From Fonticula alba ATCC 38817 (Eukaryota; Protista; Nucleariida): DNA of 46,232 bases. The notes below the pieces were generated by a model. That model had not been told where the DNA came from. It made no database searches and saw only the letters and a program-made list of their open reading frames with translations. Made by a program: the position numbers and the translations under genes. Of the stretch, positions 20,501-31,740 are shown in pieces (the stretch's first letter is position 1; the number at the start of each line of letters is the position of its first letter). Location of the stretch: the NCBI GenBank assembly GCA_000388065.2, contig KB932201.1; one strand, written 5' to 3'.

Positions 20501-21986
20501 GGTGGATGTGCGCCAGCAGCCGGGGTCGCTCTTTGCCCGGGATGCGGACCATGCCGCGGCCATGGTGTCTCTGTGTCTCGGTGAGTGGGGCGCACAGGCG
20601 GTGACGACGGCGGCGGCGGCGGCGGCGGCCGTGTCCGGCGTCGACCCCTTCGCGCCGCTGCAGCACCTCAGCGCCCTTGGCGTGGCGCCGGCCTTTGCCC
20701 GGGCAGCGGCCGAGCCGGCCGTCGGTGCGCAGCTCCTCCGTCTGGCTCAGGACACGACGGCCAAGTTCCGCCGGGGGGCCACCTCCGGCGGGGGCCTCCT
20801 CCGACGGCATCGGCTGTTTGGGTCTGGGGCGACGGCGGCCGGGGCGGCCACCGACCCCGAGCTTGATCCCGGTCGTGGTGGCGCCCCGGCCGGGACGGCG
20901 GTCCTGCTGCCGGATTGCCCGCGCCTGTCCTTCGAGGCGCAGCACTCGCTCTTCCACCTGGTGTTGGGGTACTCGGCGCGGCGGCTGTCGGCCCATGTGT
21001 CCACCCTGCCGCGGGCTCTGCCGATGGCCGCGGCCCCAGCGGCCACGGTGGCCGCCTCTCCGCCTGCCAGCATGCCGGGGACCTCGTACCAGCCGCCGGT
21101 GGAATCGCCGCCCGGATCTCCCGGGCGCCTCTTCGCCGAGGAGGTGGACTCCTCCGCCTCGACGGACCTTGACAATGGCTCGGGCGATGAGGGGGCCGAC
21201 GATGGCGGGACCACCGGCGATGGCGAGTTCTCCGACAGTGACACCGAGCCGCCGGCCGGCGATCCTGCCGGGCCGTCGTCCCCCTCGAGCCCGGCCATCC
21301 TGGCCCCGGTGCGTGGCCCTTCCCCCGGTCCGGCCCCGGCCAAGGCCAGCGCCGGCACCCCGCCGCCGGCGGACCAGCTCTTCCAGCCGGACTCCTCCTC
21401 GGATGAAAGCTGCGCCGAGTCCCTCTTCGAGACGATCAACCCGCTGGATGCCGTGCCGCCAGGCGAGGCGGCCCTGCCGCCGGAGCTGCAGCTGATCCAG
21501 CACCAAGACACCGACGAGGACCCGGACGCGGATGACATGGTGGAAGAGGCCGGCCCCGGGGTGCTGGACGCCCCGCTGGCGGTGCTGACATCGCACCGGA
21601 GCCGGCTGAATCTCGTGTCTCAGCCGTCCGGGCCGGCGGTGGCCCCGAGCTCGGTGCTTGGCCCGGCGGCCGAGGAGGCCGATGGCCCGGGCGCCGGGGC
21701 CCCGGTCGGACCGTCGGTCGCGGAGTTGGCTCACAAGCGTCGAGCCGACTTCGCCCTGGAGGTGGCTCATGGCCATGCGCAATCGGCCCGGTGCCTGCGC
21801 CGGCTGATGGAACTTTCGGCGGCTGGCGACCAGCTGCGGCTGGACCCGCAGGCGCTGCTCCTTTCCGCCTGGCAGCACATCGAGCCCGGGTCCGAGTCCG
21901 GGTCCGATGGTGGGGGTGGCAATGTGCAGGGCCATGTGGCCGGGGAGGTGGTGGCCTCGCCGGGCCCCGGGGGGCCGGAGGGCAAG

Positions 21987-22026
<40 letters not shown>

Positions 22027-25000
22027 TGCCGCCGCTGTGCGGGACGGCGCACCTGGCGCTGGAGCGCTCTTCGGCCGGGGGCTGGCGCCGGCCAATGCCC
22101 GGGCCGCAGCGCCCCCCCGGGGCGCCCTTCCTGGCAGCCGGCCTGGCCACCCCCCCCTCGGAGCTGGAGGACGGCTCGGCGCCCGGGGCGTATGATGCCA
22201 TCCCGGAGCTGGGCCACATCCTGGGCCTGGAGGCCTTCGATGCCGCGTGCCCGGCCGGCCTGGGCACATCCTTCGACTTGACGATCCACTCGCCGGAGGT
22301 GCTGGCCACCCTGCTGCCGGCCGTGGTGTATCCCGACCTGGCCGGGCGCCTGGCCGGGCACTCGCCACCGAAGGCGGCCCTCCTGGATGGCGGCTCGGCC
22401 CTGGCCACCGTTCGAATGGCCGGAGCCGGGGCCCGGCTGACACTGCATGCCGATGGCCGGTGGAGGTGCTCCTCGCGGCATCTGCCGGCTGCCGGTGATC
22501 TGCTGTCCTTCTCCGAGGGCCAGCGGCGGCGGGGCTTTGCGGCCCCCTGGCTGCGGGATCTGTCCTCCGGCCGGCACCGGGACATCGCGGCCGTGCCGAT
22601 CCAATGTGGCCTGGACTTCCACCGGCTGCCGCTCTTTGCCGGCCAGCCTCCCGGGCACCGGACCATGGGCCCGGCCTCGACGCCGCCCCCGAGCCCCGGT
22701 GGCGAGGTCTTGCCGGAGCCGGCTCCGGAGCTGGCCCGGTCCTGGTGCTGGCTCGGCGTGGCCAGCCCGGGGGATTTGCCGGCAGCCGGGGCCCTGGACG
22801 GCCTGGCCGCTGTGGTGTTGTCCCTGGCCCGGGTGCCGGCGGCCGGCGGGGACACCCCCGGCACCGGGTCCCCTGTTGCCGGGCAGTGGGTGCTGCGCGC
22901 GCATCATCCGGACACCCTGCTGCTGCTGGCCGGCTGGGACCTGGTGGCCGAGCTGTCGGCGCCGGCCTCGCCGGAGGCCTTGGAGTCGGGGCCCGCCGTC
23001 GTGCCCGGTGGCCCCCCCGGGGGGGCGGTCTTCCGCGGGTCCACTCGCCTAGACCGTCTCAGTGCGGCGGTGGAGTCTGCGGTGGCGGCCCTCACCTCGG
23101 CGGACTTGTTCCCCGAGCCGTCGGGGGATGCCCTGTCCTCCTCGGAGGGGGAGGACGCCGAGGTGCATGCCGAGGGTTCCTCCCCTCGCCTGGCCGGGCC
23201 GGGGGCCGCCTCCTCCGGCAGGTCGCCGAGCCTCGATGCCGGTCCGTCGGGGGACTTGCGCCTGCATGGGCAATTCCTGGCTCTCGGGGCGATGGAGTTC
23301 CGGCCGGTGGGCCGCGAGCTGTCGGGGCTTGGCGACCTGCCGCTCCTGTCGCCGGACTTCAGCCTGGCCCCGGGCCCTGCCCCGGCCGAAGTGTGCCCCA
23401 TCGACTCGGTGCAAGATTCGCAGCTCTTGCAGCCCAGTGCGTTTCGCGGTCCTCCTGCCTTTTCTCCCTTCCCCCGCCCATTTGCCCCTCTCCTGACCAT
23501 GTGTCGGTGTGTCTCGCCGCCGGGACAACCGCCCCGGTGTGTTTCCCTCGCCCCGCCCTCCCAGTCGACCCGGCGAACTTCTTCTCGTCGCTGCTCCGCT
23601 CCTATGCCTTTGTGCTGGACTTCCTGCTTGTGCAGCAGCAGTCGCCGGTGGTCGAACCGGAGTGCCTGTCCATGTGGAAGTGCGCGTCGGATGGGGCCCC
23701 TGTGGGGCCGGGGCCGGGGCCCTCTCCGGCGGCCGGGCCAGCCTCCGGTGCTCTCGGCGCCTCGGACAAGCGGTCCTTCCTCTCGTCGCTCATGGACACG
23801 GTGTCCGTGGTGCGGCCGGGCTTCGGCGACGGGCCTGCCGGGGGGGACTCCTCCGGCGGTGTCGCTGCCGGCGGTGCTCCCCTGTCACTGCTGTCGCCGG
23901 CGGCCGGGCATCCGGTGCGGTCGGCCCGGGCCTTCGGGCGCCAGTGCCTCTGCCCGGACGCCCTTTCGCGGGAAATCCGCGCCGGGCTCTTTGACGCCTG
24001 TTGCCAAGTCCTGGTCAGCGATGTGCGCCTGGGCGTTTCCCCCCCGCACGAGGTGCTCCTGGACAGCCCGGTCGATCTGGCTTGGTGGCAGGCCTGGCAG
24101 GCGGTTTTGCTCGGTGCGTCTCCGGACACTGCTGGCCCTGGAGTCAGAGCTCCGGCCGTCCTTCCGTCCGGTCTCCTCGGTCTTTTTTCCTGGCTATTGG
24201 CTGCCCTTTCCCCCCATCATTTGCTGTCGTTTCTCACTCCGTCTCACTCCAATTCCGACACTGCCAGCTATCGAGCACCTGCCTGGCATGCGGATCCAGT
24301 ACTGGCGACAGGTTCTCGAGCAGATCCCCTCGCCCGAAGAGCTGGGCTTCTTGGCCGGCCCGGTAGGTGGATCCACTCCCGAGGCAGGGACCGGCACATC
24401 TCGCACCTTGCGAAGCCTGGCCCTCCTGTCAGGTGTGTCGGCCATGGGCGGCAGCAGTGGCGGCAGCAGTGGCGGCGGCGGCGGCAGCAGCAATGGTGGC
24501 GGTGCTGCTGGTGGCGGCAGTGGCAGCAGCAGCAGCCCGGCCGGTGCCGCGTCCAGCTCGGCCGCCGACCCGAACATGGTGGCGGCCATCGTGCCGGCCA
24601 CCTGGTACCTGTATCCCGGGCGCTTGGCCGGGCTACAGCTGCGCACCTTCCTCAGCCACTTGTTGAATTCCGGCACGCTGGCCCTCTTCTTCAAGAGCCT
24701 GTGCGCGGCCCTGGCAAGCCACCATGGGGCCGTGCCCTTTGCGTATGGGCCGCGCTCGGTCCTCCGGTCGAAGGACTTCACCCACCGGCTGATTCATGTC
24801 CTGGATCACTTCGACACGCTGGCCGTCGGCACCGAGGACTCGCACATCGCCCCCTTTTGCAGCCTTCTTCGCCCCTCGGGGCACATTCAGATGTCCACCA
24901 CCGTGGAGGCCCGGGCCTTCCGGGGCTTCCGCCCGCGGGCCGGCTCCTCCATCGAGGCGGAGGCGCAGCTGTCCCCGGTCTGGACGGCCTCGGGCCCCTC

Positions 25001-26229
25001 TTCCAGTTCTGCGCCTGGGAGTGTCGATCCCCCGACGAAGGTTATCGATCCCCCGACGAAGGTTATCGATCCCCCGACCAAGACTGTCGATCCCGCCGCC
25101 GCCGCCGCCGTTGCTGCTGCTGCTGCTGCTGAGGCTGTGGCTCCTGTGGGCTCGAGCTCGGGCCTGGGCCCTCCTCTCCCGGCTGGCGACGGGGCATGTG
25201 GCGCCACCGGGGAGACCCCTTCCAGCTCGCCCTCCCTGCTGGATGTGGCCCTGGCCCGGGTGTCCAGCAATGCCGACCGGCTGGTGCTGGCGCCGGAGCC
25301 CCCGGTGCCAGAGCCAACCCCGGAGCCGGTGCCTGAGGCTGTGGTCGCGGCTCGGCGCCCGGCGCCGCCGGTTCGCCGGCCCGAGATTGCCGCCCTGCCG
25401 GAGATCCACCGGGGTGGCTTCAAGGTGGCTGTGCGCCTGGTCCGGCCGGCTGGCCAGGCCTTCGGTCTGGCCTTCGCTCGGGATAGCCTGCCGCCGGCGG
25501 TCCTATCGGCGCATGGCGTCGCCGTGCCGGCCCCGGATGAGGACAGCGAGGAGGAGGAGGAGGACCGGCATGCCGGCCAGGGGGTCCCGGTGTACCGGGT
25601 GTCCCTGGTCCACCCCGGGACGCCGGCCGCCCAAAATGGCGGGTGCGTGTGTGTTTGTGCCTGTGCTCTGGTGTGCCCGGGCGGGAGGGGAGCCCACAGG
25701 GCTCCTTCCATGTCTTTTCCTCTTTCGGCCTTTTGTGCCTCCTTTTCTGTGCCTTTCGCCGCGTCCTTGCATTCCCCCTTGTTCCTCTTCTCACCACCTC
25801 CCCTTGTCTGCCCCCTTCTGGCGAACCCCCTTTCTTTGCGCCCCCCCCCCCCCTCTCTCTCTCTGTCCCTCTCCCGACGTCCATCCATGGCCGTTTCGCC
25901 GTGCCTGCTCTCGCCCCGACGCGCACAGGCTCCGCCCGGGTGACACCATTCTCGCCATGGGGGGCCGGGGCATGGTCGGCTTCATGAGCTTCGAGCCGAT
26001 GGAGTTTGTCCTCGGGTCGGCGCTGGAGGTGGAGATCACGGCCCTCCGGACGCCTTTGTGGCCGGCACCGGTGGCCATGGGCGGCACGCCGGCGCCGGCC
26101 GCCGACGCCATCCCGGCCGCCGGTCAAATCCTCGACAGCATGGCCGGAGCTGTGTCCTCCAGCGCGTCGGAGGTGGTATCTCTCTTCAACACCGAGGTGT
26201 CCTCCTTCCTCAGCCGGTGGCGGCGCTAA
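17543..26229 (+). CDS. Large multidomain protein: N-terminal PH domain, uncharacterised middle, RUN-like domain, C-terminal PDZ domain (about 9 exons)
   Basis: Approximate exons 17543-18108, 18440-18713, 18844-19005, 19130-19648, ~19841-19982, 20141-23436, 23565-24113, 24268-25642, 25929-26229 (the junction after 19648 is unresolved). PH: WRDYFLRL..MFAIQT..ESWVLALRQ. RUN: LFDACCQVL..W and LRTFLSHLLNSGTL..YGPRSVLRS..LIHVL. PDZ: AFGLAF..VSLVHPGTPAAQNGGLRPGDTILAMGG. Confidence 0.75.
25023..25094 (+). repeat. 21-bp coding tandem repeat (DPPTKVI), about 3.4 copies
   Basis: GTC/ATC GATCCCCCGAC(G/C)AAG(GTT/ACT) repeated in frame. Confidence 0.9.
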
Positions 26230-27486
26230 TGTGCCGGGCGTGGCCCGGCGCCGTCTCTCACGAATACACTCCCCTTGCTCTGTGGAACGTCTCTTCCTTC
26301 CCGCTCCTCCCCGGGAGCCTTGCGCTGTCTGTCCCCGCTTGCTGCTTGCTGGCGTTGCGAGCCTCGCCCCCCCCCCCCTGCCGACGATCGTATGTGTGTG
26401 ACCCGGTGGGTCACTTCGAATGCGCGCTTGCTGCGAATCTGATTTTCCAAGATCTATTGTTGTCCGTTTCTCTGGGCACTTGTGCCCCCCCTCCCCCCCC
26501 TTCGCGTCTCATGCCGCCTGAACTCCCTCCGGCTCGAGGGGCCCTCTGGCACACGCATCCCCTCTCACCCGGACCGGGGGCGGGGGGAGGGGAGCGTGCC
26601 ACGAGTGTGGCGTGAGAGAGCGCATGCCACCGGCCGGTCTATCCCCCTCCCTGACCAGGGGGGCGCACAAGAGGGCCACAGCCGACGCCCAGTCGAGGGA
26701 GGATGGGGGCTCGACACAAGGGGCTGCCACTGCTCATCGGGGGCGGCAGGGACAAAAGCCCCAGCCTGGAGGCGGTGTGGCATGTCATGCTCTACAGGAG
26801 CACACGCATACGTTGCCACGCCGAGGCGATGGCTGAGGAGGGGGGGGGGGACAAGGGAGCTCCGGCGGCAGGGCCCCGAGAGCCAAAGAGAAACAAGACA
26901 GGCATGGGGAAGGAAGGGAGGGAGGGGGGGGGGGCGCGGCGGGGAGGAGGGGAGGGCAGATGCATTGTGCATTGCCCCGGCAAAAAAAAAAGGGACCGCT
27001 TTGGAGCAGTGGCCGCACAAGGGCTCTTGTTCTCTGTCTCTCTTTCTCGCTCTCGGCGGCAGTGTGTGTGTGTGTGTGTGTGTATGTGGGGGGGGGGGTC
27101 TTCTGAGGCGGGGGTTTTTCTCACTGCTTTGCACGGAGCTGCCCGGCTTCCCGAGCGTTCTTGAGGGGCCCCGCGCCTCGCGTCTCATGCAGGGGCGGTT
27201 GCCCCTGCTGCTCCCCCCTCCCCGAGCCCCCCGCCCACACACATGCCTTTCCTGCTTGCTTTCCTGCTGTTTAGTGCGCCTCTTTTGTCCACCTCGTGCA
27301 CCATGCCCCCCAGAGTGGGGGGAAGAGGGGGGAGGGGGGCTGCTGAGCAAGCGCACACACTCCCCCCCTCGCGCTCGCCCGATGACTCTCTGTCGCCCTC
27401 CGTCACAGGGGGGCGCACGCACACAGTGGCATGGGCGCATGTGGGCTTTTCTCTTTGCGCGAAAAGAGAGCGGGCTCACGCGCGCC

Positions 27487-27929
27487 TCAAGGCCGGCGAC
27501 CTCCACGGACGGGGTAGTGTGGCTGCTGCTGCTGCTGCAGCTGCTGCTGCGGCGGCGGCGGCAGCGGCGGATGGGTGATGGAAGCGGTGTGGGCGCCGGA
27601 GAGCGTCTTCTCGGGGAAAGGGTGGAAGCCACCGGCCTGATGGTGAGGCGGGTTGTGTTGGTTATGCTGGCCGTGGTAGGGGTGATGCTGGCCGTGGTGG
27701 CTGTGGTGGCCGGGATGGTGGTGGTGGTGGTGATGGTGGTGCGGCTGCTGGCCGGCCGCAGCGGCGGCTGCCGCCACGATGGCCGCATGCTGCTGCGGAT
27801 GTGGCAGGTGGCCCACCTGGTGGAGGTGGTGCTGGTGGGAGTTGGCCCCGGCGGCGCCATTGTAATATGCATGCTTGCTGGGCTGCGGGCCCGGCGGAGC
27901 GGCGGCCGACGACGCGGCCGACGCAAGCA

Positions 27930-27963
<34 letters not shown>

Positions 27964-28312
27964 GTGGTGGTGGTGCTGGTGATGGTGCGTGCGTGCGGCG
28001 GCCGCCTGCTGGACAAAGCGCTCGGAGGACATGCCGGCTGCGGCCGCGGCCGCGGCAGCAACGGCGGCGGCAGCTGCCAGGGTGGGCTGCGTGGATGGGG
28101 CGCCACGTGAACGAAGGTCGGCCAGAGGGCAGTCAGAACGAGTGCCATGGTTGTTGTCGGCCGGGCATCGCCGCAAACGCACCTGCTGGTGTTGCTGGCC
28201 GGCCATGGCCGCCACCGGCGACTGCCCATGCCGGGGCAGGGCATGCTGGGTCGGGTATTGCTGCTGGTGCTGGTGCTGCTGCTGCTGGTGCTGCTGCTGC
28301 TGCTGCATGTGG

Positions 28313-28345
<33 letters not shown>

Positions 28346-28726
28346 AACGGCTGAAGGTGCGCCGGCTGGTGGTACTGCACGGTCTGGTGGCCGGGCTCGG
28401 GGCCGTAGCCAGCGGTGGTGGTGTTGGCGGCGGCGGCGGCGGCGGCCCCTGCCATGCGGCGGTCGGCCGGCCCGTCGTAGGGCCCTTGCCTTTGGGCCCG
28501 GTGGTGCAGGGGTCCGCCCTCATTGGAGGGTCCCCCGGCCGCCCCTGGCGGCAGGTGGTGAGGATGGTAGGAGGAGTGCTGGCCATGGTGGTGGTGGTGG
28601 TGGTGGTGCTGGGCATGGGCACGACCGCGGCCGGGGTGGTGGGCAGCCATTTGCTGCGGCTCCGGGGTGGCCGTGCGCGGCGAGGAGGAGCGCCGGCTGC
28701 CGGCGGCCACGGCCCCGGGGTCGAGG

Positions 28727-28771
<45 letters not shown>

Positions 28772-29197
28772 AGGGTCGAGGCGTGTCCCGAGTGGTATTG
28801 GCGAGCATCCGGGCCGGGGGCCGGCTGCTGGCCGCCGAAGAACTGCGCCTGGGGCTTGGGCGCGGCCACGCGCACATGCTGTGGCTGGCTGGCCAGCTGC
28901 TGGGCCGGGGCCGGCTGCGTGTGCTGGTGCATCTTCTGGATGGACCGGACCACGCACGCGGCCAGGTCCTTGAGCCAGCCGCGCCACACGGCGAAGGCGT
29001 CGCCTCCATCGAGGGCCGAAAGCCGGTAGCCGACCGTCATCAGGAGGTAGCGTTCGGCCGCATTCAGGTGGACCAGATCCACGCCGGACACCGTGGACCA
29101 GGCCTTGTTGGCGTAGGTGTGATCGTCCAGATGCTTGGAGGCGATGGCCAGGCAGGCCACCAGCCGGGCAAAGAGGCTGATCGAGGCCGGCGGCACC
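27487..29197 (-). CDS. PCL/Pho80-type cyclin, second half of the cyclin box plus Q/H/A-rich tail (5' part in or beyond the gap)
   Basis: ARLVACLAIASKHLDDHTYANKAWSTVSGVDLVHLNAAERYLLMTVGYRL matches the PCL/cyclin-P/CNPPD1 pattern (ASK.LDD.TY.NK.W..VSG..LN..E). Likely in-frame intron 28182-28087. The true 3' end is uncertain (possible GTCCGT donor at 27510). Confidence 0.8.
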
Positions 29198-29642
29198 NNN
29201 NNNNNNNNNNNNNNNNNNNNNNNNNNNNNNNNNNNNNNNNNNNNNNNNNNNNNNNNNNNNNNNNNNNNNNNNNNNNNNNNNNNNNNNNNNNNNNNNNNNN
29301 NNNNNNNNNNNNNNNNNNNNNNNNNNNNNNNNNNNNNNNNNNNNNNNNNNNNNNNNNNNNNNNNNNNNNNNNNNNNNNNNNNNNNNNNNNNNNNNNNNNN
29401 NNNNNNNNNNNNNNNNNNNNNNNNNNNNNNNNNNNNNNNNNNNNNNNNNNNNNNNNNNNNNNNNNNNNNNNNNNNNNNNNNNNNNNNNNNNNNNNNNNNN
29501 NNNNNNNNNNNNNNNNNNNNNNNNNNNNNNNNNNNNNNNNNNNNNNNNNNNNNNNNNNNNNNNNNNNNNNNNNNNNNNNNNNNNNNNNNNNNNNNNNNNN
29601 NNNNNNNNNNNNNNNNNNNNNNNNNNNNNNNNNNNNNNNNNN
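29198..29642. other. Assembly gap (445 N) immediately upstream of the cyclin exon
   Basis: N-run. Confidence 0.95.
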
Positions 29643-29902
29643 GGGGATATGGCGAGTCCCAGCGAGGGGAGCACCAGCATGGGCGTGGGGTCAGAGTGAG
29701 CGGCCGAAGGGCGAGCGTGCAAAGCGCGTGGCAGGGCGGGAGCCGGGCGCGGGGGGAAGGGGCGGCGGGAGGGACCACGGAGGGCGGCCGGCGCCTGGGG
29801 TGGCATGGCTTCTCCGGCCCCGGGGGTCCGTGCTTGGGCCAGGGGGGCGGGGGCGGGGGGGGAGGCGCGCACAGGCCACAAACGGGCCACGAGGATACGC
29901 AC

Positions 29903-30543
29903 GCAGGCACATGCCCTGCCGGGCGAGGCCGCTCGGGCAGATGGACAGACAGCTGGTGGAGGGGCCGGCCCCGGCCGAGAAGGGGTTCTCACGGATGCTG
30001 AAGCACGATTGGGGGTAGGGCAAGCGGCGCGGGCGACCGGCCTCCGGGCCGGACTTCGCATCCAGCACCCGCCGGCGCGTCATGGAGGGCTCGTGGGGCG
30101 GGGGGCCGCCACCGGCGGCGGCCGGCTGCTGCGCGAAGCCCGGCAAATGGGGGTGTGCGGCGCGGTGCGACGCGGCGTGGCCGGCCGCCGCGCCGGCCAC
30201 GCCATGCTGCGAGCCCGGCAGTCGGCGCTCATCGGCCGGGGTGCCGGGGGCCTGGAGCAGCGGCACGGCCGTGTCCACGCACAAGGCCAGCGCCGGCAGC
30301 TCGTCGGCCGACGGCGACCCGAGGCCGGACATGTGCAGGCTGGAGCTGCTGGACAGCTCGGGCTCCGTGTCGTAGTCGGTGGCCGGGCCGCCGGGCCCGA
30401 GATGCGGCGGCCGGTGCTGCTGCGGCCCGGGGTCGTGGCGGTCAGCGGGCGACCGCCGGCCCGGGGTGGCGGGCCGGCGCTTGGTCCGCCGGCCGGCGCC
30501 GCCCCGGCGGTGGTGCTCCAGATCGCCGGTCGCATGGTAGAAG

Positions 30544-30576
<33 letters not shown>

Positions 30577-31704
30577 GGGTGGTGGTAGTGCTGGTAGTGG
30601 TGCTGCGACGAGTGGTACGACAGGTGGTGCGAGGGGGGGCGCTGAGGGGGGCCGCCGGCCGCCAGCAGCCGGCGCCTCTCGGCCGCCGTGGCCTCCTCCT
30701 GGCCGGGGCCCTGGGCGTCGGCCTCCGGCGGGAGGTACTCGACCAGCTGCTCCGGGTAGTCCCAGCAGGAGCTGGCGAAGATGAAGAGGGCCAGGACGAT
30801 GATCGGCGACCCGAGGGCCACCCGGTCGAAGAGCTCGGCCAGCGGCCCGGCAAAGGCCAGCAGCCGGGAGAGAATCAGCTGCGGGTCGCGCGGCGCCAGG
30901 GCCAGCCGCGGGAGCGACCGGCTCCGCTGGGGCCCGGCCCGGTGGTCGTGGGGATGCTGCTGCTGCTGCTGCTGCTGGGACTGGGGCGATGGGCCGCCGG
31001 CCGGCCGGGCCACCGCCCCGTCGGACTGGCAGCGCCGGGCCGCCGGCCCGGCCGCCGCCGGCCCATCGGCCGCCTCGTCCGCCGGGGAAAGAGGCCGGTA
31101 GCCGCCCGGGCCCGGGGCATGGTACCGGCCGCCGGTGTGCGGGGGCTGCTGCTGCTGCTGCTGCTGCTGGCTGCCGGCCATGGTGGCGGCATACCCGCCG
31201 CCGGCCGGCTNNNNNNNNNNCCCGGCCCGGTGGTCGTGGGGATGCTGCTGCTGCTGCTGCTGCTGGGACTGGGGCGATGGGCCGCCGGCCGGCCGGGCCA
31301 CCGCCCCGTCGGACTGGCAGCGCCGGGCCGCCGGCCCGGCCGCCGCCGGCCCATCGGCCGCCTCGTCCGCCGGGGAAAGAGGCCGGTAGCCGCCCGGGCC
31401 CGGGGCATGGTACCGGCCGCCGGTGTGCGGGGGCTGCTGCTGCTGCTGCTGCTGCTGGCTGCCGGCCATGGTGGCGGCATACCCGCCGCCGGCCGGCTTC
31501 TTGGCCTCATGCCCGGGGCCGGGATGGGCGCCGGCGGTGCCGGCCAGCGAGGCATCAGGCCTGCGTGCCGCGGACCCGACGGCTGCCGCCCGGTCGTGGG
31601 GGCCGCCAGCCACCGGCAGTGGGTGGATGATGCCGCAGGAGGGCCCTCCGCCGGGGGCCCGGGCGGCTGGCTCCGGCTCCGGGACACGGTGATGCGACGG
31701 CGGG

Positions 31705-31740
<36 letters not shown>

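Noticed and set aside
19677-22907. 1076-aa minus-strand ORF antisense to the PH-RUN-PDZ gene
   Set aside because: Arg/Gly/Pro-rich shadow frame expected from high GC and a third-position bias; no domain motifs.
26482-30018. Plus-strand ORFs with poly-Leu/Val 'transmembrane' stretches
   Set aside because: Antisense readings of poly-Q/H codons of the cyclin gene.
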